Shown piece by piece: positions 1 to 8,843 of a stretch of 28,809 nt of DNA. The position numbers and the translations under genes are program-made. The notes below the pieces were generated by a model that was not told where the DNA came from, ran no database searches, and saw only the letters and a program-made list of their open reading frames with translations. This stretch comes from Amoeboradix gromovi X-113 (taxonomy: Eukaryota > Fungi > Sanchytriomycota): contig JADGIF010000042.1 in assembly GCA_018985225.1 (NCBI GenBank), forward strand, positions 1 to 28,809, written 5' to 3'. Every line of letters begins with the position of its first letter. Within the stretch, counting starts at the first letter, position 1.

Positions 1-217
1 TGTGGACAGAGATGTGAATGCATGTTGTAATAATCTTCAAGTGATAGATAGTTTGCTAGCGAATGGTGAGAGACCAGGTTGGCAACAAAGGATCACTGAT
101 AAAGTAGTTTCGCCTATTGCCTAGGTGAAGAAATATGGGACACTGCTGTAAAAATTTCAACTGGGTATATCTCGTCACTCGTTTTTCCCCCAGTCTACTT
201 TTTACAGAGCATGTCCC
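1..217 (+). mobile_element. Right portion of a Fanzor-carrying TIR DNA transposon, with right end at TGTCCC (212-217)
   Basis: Terminal GTCTACTTTTTACAGAGCATGTCCC (193-217) matches the family end motif GTCTAnTTTTT-N6-8-TGTCCC also seen at 4520-4542, 5147-5171, 11058-11080 and (minus strand) 15728-15752. Confidence 0.75.
2..124 (+). CDS. 3' end (last 40 aa, 5'-truncated by window edge) of a Fanzor (eukaryotic TnpB-like, probably Fanzor1-type) RNA-guided endonuclease
   Basis: Frame +2 reads VDRDVNACCNNLQVIDSLLANGERPGWQQRITDKVVSPIA* (TAG 122-124). DRDxNAxxN is the RuvC-III motif of TnpB/Fanzor, and a G-x-RP-xxx-R tail is typical of Fanzor1. It is followed by a hairpin and a TIR, and diverged copies occur elsewhere in the window. 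Only 40 aa are visible. Confidence 0.85.
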   Translation: MDRDVNACCNNLQVIDSLLANGERPGWQQRITDKVVSPIA

Positions 218-233
218 ATTGATGTGAAGTTGA
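135..233 (+). ncRNA. Putative Fanzor omegaRNA (scaffold ~135-217, predicted guide from 218, ATTGATGTGAAGTTGA)
   Basis: Long stem-loop starting 10 nt after the Fanzor stop: ATGGGACA 135-142 pairs with TGTCCCAT 212-219, CTGTAAAAA 146-154 with TTTTTACAG 199-207, ACTGGG 160-165 with CCCAGT 189-194. TnpB/Fanzor guide RNAs overlap the element right end and take their guide from flanking DNA. Boundaries are inferred. Confidence 0.6.
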
Positions 234-358
234 TTCATCATTTTACCAAAATATTTCAATGATTCCAAAGCATTTACTACGTCCACTCAACTCCTGAAAG
301 GTCACAGATACCAAGCAGTTATCTCTTCAAGTCATCCGTAAGGTAATAAAGACAATTA

Positions 359-504
359 GTAAGATCTTCAAGTTTTAGAAATAGTATTAGCCAATGATAA
401 AAGACTAAGTTGTCAAAGATGAAATGGTAGCAGAAGTATTTTGCCTAATTTATAGCTAATAGAAGATTGGGCGCTTTGGTAAAAGTTCATGAATGGTGTG
501 TCAC
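359..504 (+). pseudogene. Degenerate older copy of the Fanzor C-terminus plus decayed right end
   Basis: 364-416 aligns ungapped to 33-85 with 38/53 identical nt. It translates LQVLEIVLANDKRLSCQR* versus LQVIDSLLANGERPGWQQR. Decayed hairpin start (TTGGGCGCT…GTAAAA, ~467-485) and end TGTCAC (499-504). Confidence 0.75.
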
Positions 505-553
505 ATCTGATTGGTTCTTCTTCGATATCCAAAAAAGGGAGAATTCAGAAACC

Positions 554-1603
554 ATGCCAGCACTCATTAAAGGTCTTCCAAACTTTGGAAATACCTGCTA
601 CATCAACAGCGTACTGCAAATTGTACATAATGTTGATTATTTTTCGGTTGAGGGTAGTAATAAATGGAGTAAACTCATTACTAATGCCTACACTCAGAAG
701 CAGCTCAAACCCTTAATCTCTCAACTTTCTAAGCAAAAGAAGCAATTCAAAAAAAACAGACAAGGTGATGCTCAAGAGCTGTTGCTGTTCATGTTAAATT
801 ATATGAAATGCTCTTCTGACTATCAAATCACTATATCGTGCCAAATCACTTGTCAACACTGTAGATATATATCTAAATCAAAGAACCTGTCCAATATGCT
901 CTTAATTGATCCTAAAAAGTCAATCGAGTCGAACTTGAAGCCAGAAACAACGTTTCTTAGAGATTACAAGTGTGAAAAGTGCAACTTAAATGGTGCTAGA
1001 AAACTTGATCAGGTCCATGGATATCCGCAGCTATTAATTTTATCCAACAACGCCTTTAAGAAGAAGAACTATTTGCCTTTAACATTCAATTGGAATAACT
1101 CTGATCATAGTTATTCTCTAATTGGAATGATCGTACATTTGGGATCTGACAATTGTGGCCATTATATAGCTATCATTAAGAAAGATGACCAGTGGTATGA
1201 GTGCAATGACAACAGAATAATATCTTTGGCTGAGAGTGATGTAAAAAGATACAAACCATATGTGGCATTTTATGAAAGAAGAGGCCGTAAAAGACATCGG
1301 GACGAAGTGTCTTTTACAGAAAATACAAACAGCAAACCAAAGAAAACTAAAAATGAGTCGAATATTACTGAAAAAGTGGTAAGTGCTAATTCGACTACAA
1401 TTGAAGGAAAGCAACCTTCTAGAAAAGCTAGGAAAACTCCAGCCAGAGTGGAAGCCTTAAACAGTAATAAAGCAATGGCTCCTAAAAGAAACGCTTTTAC
1501 CGAAAGCTTAACATCTGCTCCTCGGAATTTGGAAGCTAGTACAACATGGATGACCAGGATAAGGAAAGTGTTTGCTGACAGTTTGAAAGTAATAAATAAA
1601 TAG
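554..1603 (+). CDS. Ubiquitin carboxyl-terminal hydrolase (USP/peptidase C19), 349 aa
   Basis: Cys box GLPNFGNTCYINSVLQ, QGDAQE, His box HLGSDNCGHY, WYECND. The first ATG (554) is used because the TTG start at 467 lies in the transposon relic. Confidence 0.93.
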   Translation: MPALIKGLPNFGNTCYINSVLQIVHNVDYFSVEGSNKWSKLITNAYTQKQLKPLISQLSKQKKQFKKNRQGDAQELLLFMLNYMKCSSDYQITISCQITCQHCRYISKSKNLSNMLLIDPKKSIESNLKPETTFLRDYKCEKCNLNGARKLDQVHGYPQLLILSNNAFKKKNYLPLTFNWNNSDHSYSLIGMIVHLGSDNCGHYIAIIKKDDQWYECNDNRIISLAESDVKRYKPYVAFYERRGRKRHRDEVSFTENTNSKPKKTKNESNITEKVVSANSTTIEGKQPSRKARKTPARVEALNSNKAMAPKRNAFTESLTSAPRNLEASTTWMTRIRKVFADSLKVINK

Positions 1604-1754
1604 ACATTCAAGCACTTCATACTCGGATTAGCTTAAATTACGGCCATCTACTGTAGAAACCTAACATGTACTAGGGTGTTCTTGATTTAAGAGGATACCG
1701 GGAATTTAATAAGAGCTTACTCCTTTCTTTGGATTAGTTTTTGAAACTAACCTG

Positions 1755-3049
1755 ATGACAGAAGCAGTCACATGCAGTTTAAGTATTAGAGCAAAAGACA
1801 AATCCGGACTACTAAGTGATGTCTTGTCAAAGCTGAAAAAGTTCAATTTGAATCTCACATCCATTAAATCTACAACCACAAAGGATCCTACAGTAGATTA
1901 TGCTTTTGATATTATTTTCACAGCGCCAGCAGACTTTGACTTGACTAACTTGCAGAAGGATTTAGAAAGTGAGCCGCTAATCAGATATTGCCATCTGACC
2001 TCAAATCAATCAGACAACTTTTCACAGTTCTTTCCAAGACAACTCCGAGACTTAGATACATTTGCGGATAAAGTGTTAAGTTATGGCATGGAACTGAAAG
2101 CGGACCATCCTGGGTTCAAGGATCCAGATTATCGTAAAAGAAGGTCTGAGATAACCGAAAAAGCCAAGACTTATCGTACTGGAATGCCTCTTCCTCATGT
2201 TAATTACACTTCAGATGAGTTAAAAACATGGAGCACTGTGTACACTAAGCTGACAGAGTTGTTTCCCACCCATGCCTGCGCAGAACATCAAAAGGTTTTT
2301 CCATTGCTTGTTCGTCATTGCGGATATTCTGCGAACAAGATCCCTCAAATTCACGACATCTCCATCTTCCTTAAGTCTTGTACGGGATTCACTTTAAGGC
2401 CAGTGATGGGTTTGTTAAGTTCGCGTGATTTTTTAAACGGACTTGCATTTAGAGTCTTTCATAGCACTCAATACATCCGGCATCATTCTAAACCGTTATA
2501 TACGCCAGAACCGGATGTTTGTCATGAATTGCTAGGCCACGTTCCAATGTTTGCAGACGCTGACTTTGCGGACTTTTCACAAGAAATTGGGCTGGCATCT
2601 TTAGGGGCAACTGATGAAGATATAAAAAAATTAGCCACGGTATCCTAACTCTAATTAAGTTATATTGGTTTACGGTTGAATTTGGAGTTACGAAAGAAGG
2701 CGATGCTATAAAGGCTTATGGAGCGGGATTGCTGAGCTCATTCGGTGAATTAGAGTATGCAGTAGGTGATAAACCAACTCATCTACCTATGGATCCGTGG
2801 AAGGCATCCGAAACTGCATATCCCATCACAGAATATCAGCCATTATACTATGTTACTGAGAGCTTTAAGAAGATGAAAATGCAAGTTCGTGAATTTTCGA
2901 AGTCATTAAAAAGATCATTCGGGGTAAGATATAACCCATACACAGAGTCAATTGAGGTATTGGATGGACACGAACAGATTGTAAGGTTCATGCATGACAT
3001 CCATGGAGATATGCAGGTTTTGTTAGATTCATTAGATTTATTAAATTAA
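1755..3049 (+). CDS. PAH: Phenylalanine-4-hydroxylase (ACT domain plus biopterin-dependent aromatic amino acid hydroxylase); exons 1755-2639 and 2660-3049; 424 aa
   Basis: [39 protein letters not shown]. Removing the 20-nt intron restores KLAT|LYWFTVEFG…[13 protein letters not shown]. Confidence 0.95.
2640..2659 (+). other. 20-nt spliceosomal intron in PAH
   Basis: GTATCCTAACTCTAATTAAG has GT…AG ends and a CTAAC/CTAAT branch-like motif. Removal restores the conserved [12 protein letters not shown] in frame. Confidence 0.92.
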
Positions 3050-3053
3050 TAAA

Positions 3054-4037
3054 CTACCATACTTTCAACCCTTGCATAATTTGGTGAAGAGTGTTATTTG
3101 CAATACTATTGGCTTTTATAGATCCTTTTTTTAGGACTTCTACAACCTCTCCGTCATTTAACTCTTTAAGCCTTTTAGCTATAGGTTCAACAGTGTTGCA
3201 AAGCACCTCAGTTGCTTCTTTCTTAACAATTTTGTGGAGATTAGGGCCTTGAGCGTAAGTTAGTCCTTCAATTGCATCAGCGATTGGTATGCCCTTGCAG
3301 CCTGCAATTATTTGAAAAAGATTTAACATTCCCGGGCGGTTTTCTATGTTTTCAAGTGTGGTAATATTATCTGTTATGGCTCTATTTATTTTGCTGGAAA
3401 TCAAGTTATTGGAATCGGTTAATAATATGCAGGAGTTCTGGTTACTATCAGATTTGGACATTTTTAAGTCTGGATTGCGCAAAGATTTAACTCTGCAAGC
3501 AGAAGACAGAACAGGTCTTGGAATTATTAAATTTTCGAACTTTGCTGAAGATTTTCTAATTTCTCTATTAAGTTTGCGCGCCAAAGATCGGCACAGTTCC
3601 AAATGCTGTACTTGATCCTCGCCAATAGGTACCAGATTTGGCCGATATAGTAGAATATCTGCAGCCTGTAATATTGGATACGTGAGCAACCCAGAATGTC
3701 TAAGATTCGAAGTAGTCTTTGTTTTCCATTGTGTCATGCGTTCAAGCTCGCCAACAGGACAATGGTTGGAAAGAACCCAATACAATTGACTATGCGCAGG
3801 GACCAAAGATTGTTGGAAGATGCTACATTTTGAGGGATCTACACCGCATGCAATTAGGAGTTTTGTAGTTTGAATAGTGTTCAAATAAATGTTAACGGCT
3901 GTTGTCATGGCATGAAGATCAGCTACCATAATTAGCGTGTCTATATTTTGCATCTGCACCCACGACTTTATACTTCCTAGGTAGTTACCAATATGAAGTA
4001 TGCCCGAGGGTTGCAAACCTGACAATATCCGTTTCAT
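3054..4037 (-). CDS. MSW1: Tryptophan--tRNA ligase, mitochondrial/bacterial type
   Basis: SGLQPSGILHIGNYLG (HIGH motif), YPILQAADIL, VPIGEDQVQHLEL, KMSKS. Confidence 0.95.
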   Translation of the reverse strand: MKRILSGLQPSGILHIGNYLGSIKSWVQMQNIDTLIMVADLHAMTTAVNIYLNTIQTTKLLIACGVDPSKCSIFQQSLVPAHSQLYWVLSNHCPVGELERMTQWKTKTTSNLRHSGLLTYPILQAADILLYRPNLVPIGEDQVQHLELCRSLARKLNREIRKSSAKFENLIIPRPVLSSACRVKSLRNPDLKMSKSDSNQNSCILLTDSNNLISSKINRAITDNITTLENIENRPGMLNLFQIIAGCKGIPIADAIEGLTYAQGPNLHKIVKKEATEVLCNTVEPIAKRLKELNDGEVVEVLKKGSIKANSIANNTLHQIMQGLKVW

Positions 4038-4122
4038 GGAAATAATTCAATCTTGAAAAGTAGCAGCAAATCGGAAGACATAATAAAGTCAAGTTAATTG
4101 CGTTTGAAGTGTTAAATACATT

Positions 4123-4141
4123 GGGACCACTCCACATAAAA
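4123..4141. repeat. Degenerate TIR fragment of the same element family
   Basis: GGGAC(C)ACTCCACA(T)AAAA matches the reverse complement of the 11080 terminus (GGGACACTCCACAAAAA) with two single-base insertions. Confidence 0.5.
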
Positions 4142-4156
4142 GTCTAATTTACAAGT

Positions 4157-4542
4157 GGGACATCAAATATAAAAACTGGACTAACTTTCTGTGACAAATT
4201 GGAACATTATTTTAGCTTTATTAATTTTATGGATTCAAGAGGCGAGTGGACATTCAGCTAGTTGCGGAGTTGACGAGTATAAAAGGAAAATAAATATTCT
4301 GTACAGCTATTCTCTTACTCTTTCATTTAATCTTTATTTCAAATAAAATGCACCTTTTGCTTAGATGCTCAAAGACCTCATATATTTCAACGAGATGCAG
4401 GGTCTTCTAGTTTTATTTTGAAAAGAGGAATACAGTCAATGAAAGAAAATTGGTATAATAGAAGATCTTTTATTAATGATAGCATTTCCTCCGTATGGTA
4501 CACCTTTAAAAACGAGTTAGTCTAGTTTTTATATTGTGTCCC
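4157..4542 (+). mobile_element. 386-bp non-autonomous (MITE-like) member of the Fanzor element family, with TIRs and a 4-bp AAGT target-site duplication
   Basis: Left end GGGACATCAAATATAAAAACTGGACTAAC (4157-4185) versus reverse complement of the right end 4516-4542, GGGACA-CAA-TATAAAAACTAGACTAAC. AAGT at 4153-4156 and 4543-4546. Internal GGTACA (4497-4502) is the hairpin partner of the terminus. The left 34 nt are identical to 28776-28809. Confidence 0.8.
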
Positions 4543-4546
4543 AAGT

Positions 4547-5171
4547 ATATCCAGAATTTTGACGTAAAAACATAGAACGTTAGGCGCCAAACTACCCTCC
4601 TAATTCCCTCTTGCACTAGACTAAGCTGAGAACAATGGGAATGCATACAACTCAAGTATATGACCTCTATGTACTTATAGACAACCACTTTTGACGTCTA
4701 GCAACTCTGATGCATGGGAAGTTCTCGGCTTATTAGATGATCTCTTTTGAGGAAGATATGAATAAACCAATGATATCCTGAAAGTCTTATGCATGGTTCA
4801 GAAATCTATTTTCTAAAGTCTATGTTCATCTTATAGCTCCTGAAGAAAATCACATTCAGTATCTATTTTTGATGTCTCTATATTTGATACATTGTGGTAA
4901 TGGTGATTTGGAGACCTAGTGATGTATAAAAAATGAATATCCAGTTTTTATTAGACTAAAAAAGTCCAAAAAAGAGGATTGCTCGACACATGAATTGTAT
5001 TTAATCAGGGTAAATTATTATTTGATAAGAGTCGACACCTGGAAAGAAATCAAGCTGGTGAAGATTTGTCCAACAAAGTAGAGGTGTTAAATTATGGAAA
5101 TAATACTCGATTAGTATTGCTTCTTGAGACACTAAGCTAAAGGTTTGTCTAGTTTTTGTAGAATGTGTCCC
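4547..5171 (+). mobile_element. Older degenerate element relic ending in a family right end (left boundary uncertain)
   Basis: Right end GTCTAGTTTTTGTAGAATGTGTCCC (5147-5171) is followed by AAGT. Hairpin partner GAGACA at 5126-5131. Additional inverted left-end fragments at 4857-4878 (18/22 match) and 4940-4951 (12/12). Confidence 0.6.
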
Positions 5172-5197
5172 AAGTGAAACACTGGTGCCTATAATTT

Positions 5198-6613
5198 ATG
5201 AGCATCAAAGTGGACGAATTGGGATTTATATTATCCCAAGAGAGTTATCAAATTTATCTTGAAGAGGTACCAAAGAAGCAAGATCAAAGCAAAATTTGGA
5301 ATGACTATTTGAAAAGCTTAGGAGACGGGACTGGGCTGGAAAATATAAATAAAATAAAAAAGAATGAAAAAATAATTAAAAGAATGGTCAGGAATGGCGT
5401 TCCTGCAGATTTACGAGGTCCAATGTGGATGCATTTCACCGGTGCTAAACAACGCAAAACCACCAACGAGCATATTTATGATTCACTCTTGTACCAATTT
5501 CATTTGACATTGACGTATTTCAAAAACATAAATGGCGAATTGCAAATACCCAAGGCTTATAAAAACATATTTGTTGACATCCATGAGTGCAACCGATGGC
5601 CACAACCTTCAATGGTAGATTTTTCCGAAAAGGACAGAAAGAGAATTCAAAAATTTATCAAAATAGTGGATTTAATTGAACGAGATTTGCTTAGAACATT
5701 TCCAGAGAATCAGTATTTTAAATCTACTCCATTTTCACCCACACCAAATCTATCGCGTGAGCCTTCAGTAAATAACTCAGTTTGTGATATGAGTGTACAA
5801 GATGCGGAAGAGGTGTTCGAAGCCAAAGACACAATAGCGACACTTCCTCGCAGCTACTCCTACGATGACTTGAAATCCAAAGCTACTAGAACTACTGGTA
5901 ACATGATCGCCAGTTTAAGACGAGTTTTGATAGCATTCGCTGTCTACGCTCCCTCAATTGGCTATTGCCAATCACTAAACTACCTTGTTGGTATGCTATT
6001 ACTTCATATGAGCGAGGAGGATGCGTTTTGGATGCTAGTTACAATTGTTTTTGATGTTTTGCCGCCATTTGTATATGCGCCTGGTTTACGAGGTGTTATA
6101 CTAGAATCAAAGGTAGTAAGATACTTTTTAACTAATAAAACTCCGAATATTATGCGAAGGATAGAGCCTCATATCCATTTAGAATCCTTGTCTGCGAATT
6201 TCCTGATGACTTTGTTTGTCAACGTTCTACCTCCAAGCACTTTGTGCCGGTTCTGGGATTGCTTCTTTTACGAAGGCATTCATGTGTTTTACAGGATGAT
6301 GCTAACTGTTTTTGTGTTAGCTAATTCTGAGATAAAAAAAATGCCAAGTTATAAATTGAATGAGTTCCTACAAAAATATCCCAGACAGATGAAAAACAGT
6401 AATGACGCGATTGATAAACTGATATATTACGGTAAAAAAAACATAAACATAACTGAAAGGGATGTGATTTATGTAAGACAAAAGATTATGAGAGATGAAA
6501 ATTCTGATTTGCCTGGGATACCTAAATTTCCAAAAAGAGGGAAGAAGTTGTCATTAACCAGGAACATATCATGGATAGACAGTAGCGACAATGAGTCCAT
6601 TAAAAGTCCTTGA
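5198..6613 (+). CDS. TBC-domain Rab GTPase-activating protein (Msb3/Gyp3/GRTP1-like), 471 aa
   Basis: GVPADLRGPMW, IERDLLRTFP (Arg finger), IGYCQSLNYL (Gln finger), EEDAFWML, RFWDCFFYEG. Confidence 0.93.
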   Translation: MSIKVDELGFILSQESYQIYLEEVPKKQDQSKIWNDYLKSLGDGTGLENINKIKKNEKIIKRMVRNGVPADLRGPMWMHFTGAKQRKTTNEHIYDSLLYQFHLTLTYFKNINGELQIPKAYKNIFVDIHECNRWPQPSMVDFSEKDRKRIQKFIKIVDLIERDLLRTFPENQYFKSTPFSPTPNLSREPSVNNSVCDMSVQDAEEVFEAKDTIATLPRSYSYDDLKSKATRTTGNMIASLRRVLIAFAVYAPSIGYCQSLNYLVGMLLLHMSEEDAFWMLVTIVFDVLPPFVYAPGLRGVILESKVVRYFLTNKTPNIMRRIEPHIHLESLSANFLMTLFVNVLPPSTLCRFWDCFFYEGIHVFYRMMLTVFVLANSEIKKMPSYKLNEFLQKYPRQMKNSNDAIDKLIYYGKKNINITERDVIYVRQKIMRDENSDLPGIPKFPKRGKKLSLTRNISWIDSSDNESIKSP

Positions 6614-6664
6614 TGCTAAATAAAAATAAAATTTTCTTGTAAACCGTGTTTCATAATCTGCTGG

Positions 6665-8728
6665 ATGAAAATATGTTCTTCCATACAGGAATTAGAACCA
6701 TTTAAAAGTAAACTGATTCTGTGCGATGTTCCGATTCAAATGGACTTTATTATCGGCGCTAGGTTTGATTTAAAAACTAGGCCTGATTGGAAGAAGAGTT
6801 ACTCTCAAGATTTGAAGTTATCTTTCAATAACGAGCCTTGTGTGTATATACTTCATAAAGAGTCTAGCTATACCGTTATACTTTACGTTCCTGACGGCCT
6901 AATGCGATTACCCAGTCCATTAAAATTGGATTTAGAACCTGAGAACGATTCTAGTTTGCTATTGTGGCACGGGTTATCCAGGTTGACAAGTTATTCAGTA
7001 GATCTACCTACAATCCCATTGTCTGATGTTTTTGATGTATATACAAGCTCTGTTCAGGCTGCTTTATTTTTGTATTCAGTAGATTCGCCTGATTTAAAGC
7101 TTATTCAAAACCTGCTTCTAGTACACAAAGGCAATTTCAAGAACGATTTCCCTAATATTAAACTTGGTAGAAACATATCCTGCCAATCTCTTGTCCAACA
7201 GACTGATTACGCATGTCAAGCTAGTCCAATCTCCGCAGAAATTGCAATTCAAACTAACAATGATTTATTCGATCATATTAATAACCTGAAGCATGCTGTA
7301 AACGTATCTTATGCTGGGGAAATCAAACAGCAGCTGCTGAAGAATAAAGCCCAGCTGCAAGCTATTCAACAACGGCTTCTCTTAAAAAACGCAATGGCGA
7401 CTGCGATGAACTTTATAAAAGATTTGATAAATTACAGAGAGCAGAAAGTAACAGCTCTCGAACAGCTACTGGTTTTGCGGAATGCAGAAGTTGCTGATTT
7501 AAATGAAAAGAATAAGATGTTGAATAAAATTAATTCAAATTCGAATTTTACATCCAAGCAGATAGTCAAGCTGACTCATCAGCTTGAGGACGACAAGGAA
7601 GAACAGCGTATTGACCAGGATCAGCACTGGTCAGAATTCAAGAAATTGATGCTTTTGCAGGGAAACCAGTTGAAATCCATTTTTGAATCTTCTTTTAGAG
7701 AAGTGACCACCAATAACCATTCTCAGTCATCTGAAATACTCTCTAATATTAACGAGCAAAGCGCAATGGTCCACAAAGTATTCACTGACTTGAATAGTCA
7801 CTTACATGCAATCAAATCAAATTTAAAATCTTCTACAGAACAGAGTGAAATTGCTAATAAGATTGATCAGTTAGTAAGGCTAACCAGGTCTTACGAAATC
7901 GAAAAAGTGAAATATGCAGAGGCATTGAGAGATATGGAGAATGTACAGCAAGACAGGAACAGATTAATAAATGAGAATGACGGGTTGATTGATAAATTGC
8001 AAACCACTACTAGCGATTTGGAGCACTATAAACAAGTAAATACGACTCAAGTGAATTCCATTCGAATCTTAGAGACAGAAACTAACAAATTAAAAAAACA
8101 AAAAAAGAATTTGGAGCTGGAGATCGAAAACACTCGGAATGAACTGCGAATAGAAAAAGAAGACAGAGACACATTAGAAGACAGCAACTCCACACAAAGT
8201 AAGAGAAACAGACAGCTTGTTGAGAAGTATCGACTAGAATTGGAGCAGATTAAGAAAATAAACAACAACTTGGAAGAAGACAAGTATGAGAACAACAAGT
8301 TAGTAGAAGATTTAAAACACCAGTTGAGATCAGCCATTAAGAATAATGAGAAGCTAAACAAGACTAAAGAGACTTTACAATTACAAGATGAAGTGGATTA
8401 CTTGGAATTGAAATTGAAAGATGTAGAACAGCAGCGCCTGGTATTAAAAAGGCAGAACGACGACTTGAGTGACAAATTGATGCTTGTAGAAAAGAAAAGC
8501 TCGATAAAGCAGTCTACCCCTGCAGATGTGGACTCCGCAATATCGGTAAATAAGGATAGCAAAAAGAAAAGAAAGACAGAGAGTAGGCCCAAAAGGGAAA
8601 GAAAGAAACCAAAGATATACGATGAAATGGTTAGCAGCGAGAAAATAATTATACCGTCAACAGAGAGGATACCACTAAGACCAATGTTTAATGTAATAGC
8701 TGCTAATATAGAGGACAATATCAGATGA
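6665..8728 (+). CDS. Hypothetical protein with long C-terminal coiled coil and basic NLS-like tail, 687 aa
   Basis: Long open ORF with heptad-rich E/K/L/Q composition from ~aa 220 and KKKRKTESRPKRERKKPK. No family recognised. Confidence 0.8.
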   Translation: MKICSSIQELEPFKSKLILCDVPIQMDFIIGARFDLKTRPDWKKSYSQDLKLSFNNEPCVYILHKESSYTVILYVPDGLMRLPSPLKLDLEPENDSSLLLWHGLSRLTSYSVDLPTIPLSDVFDVYTSSVQAALFLYSVDSPDLKLIQNLLLVHKGNFKNDFPNIKLGRNISCQSLVQQTDYACQASPISAEIAIQTNNDLFDHINNLKHAVNVSYAGEIKQQLLKNKAQLQAIQQRLLLKNAMATAMNFIKDLINYREQKVTALEQLLVLRNAEVADLNEKNKMLNKINSNSNFTSKQIVKLTHQLEDDKEEQRIDQDQHWSEFKKLMLLQGNQLKSIFESSFREVTTNNHSQSSEILSNINEQSAMVHKVFTDLNSHLHAIKSNLKSSTEQSEIANKIDQLVRLTRSYEIEKVKYAEALRDMENVQQDRNRLINENDGLIDKLQTTTSDLEHYKQVNTTQVNSIRILETETNKLKKQKKNLELEIENTRNELRIEKEDRDTLEDSNSTQSKRNRQLVEKYRLELEQIKKINNNLEEDKYENNKLVEDLKHQLRSAIKNNEKLNKTKETLQLQDEVDYLELKLKDVEQQRLVLKRQNDDLSDKLMLVEKKSSIKQSTPADVDSAISVNKDSKKKRKTESRPKRERKKPKIYDEMVSSEKIIIPSTERIPLRPMFNVIAANIEDNIR

Positions 8729-8843
8729 CGAAGAAGAACCAATCGAAGAAAAGAAAGGACTTGATTCCTACAAAATATTCTCCGGATTTAAGTTAAGTAA
8801 AAAAATGTAACCAAACTGAATTTTTAAAACACGGTTCATTGTA

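Noticed and set aside
56-286. 76-aa minus-strand ORF in the track
   Set aside because: It is antisense to the Fanzor tail and hairpin, has a non-ATG start and shows no motif.
467-553. N-terminal extensions from alternative starts (USP 467; also IF2 11069 and NudC 15734)
   Set aside because: These are non-ATG starts lying within transposon relics. In this eukaryotic context the first ATG is favoured.
2640-2728. PAH, calponin and SAC1 as frameshifted pseudogenes, or stop-codon reassignment
   Set aside because: Clean GT-AG micro-introns restore the frames. TAA, TAG and TGA all terminate conserved genes at the expected positions.
4157-5171. CRISPR-like array of GTCTAGTTTTT…TGTCCC repeats
   Set aside because: The repeats are few, irregularly spaced and in both orientations. 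They are better explained as TIRs.
8047-8742. Antisense or overlapping ORFs (8047-8361, 8398-8742, 10386-10592, 11317-11835, 12637-12927, 14065-14373, 20995-21414, 24316-24675 and similar)
   Set aside because: They are shadow frames of well-supported genes, with S/L/F-rich composition and no motifs.
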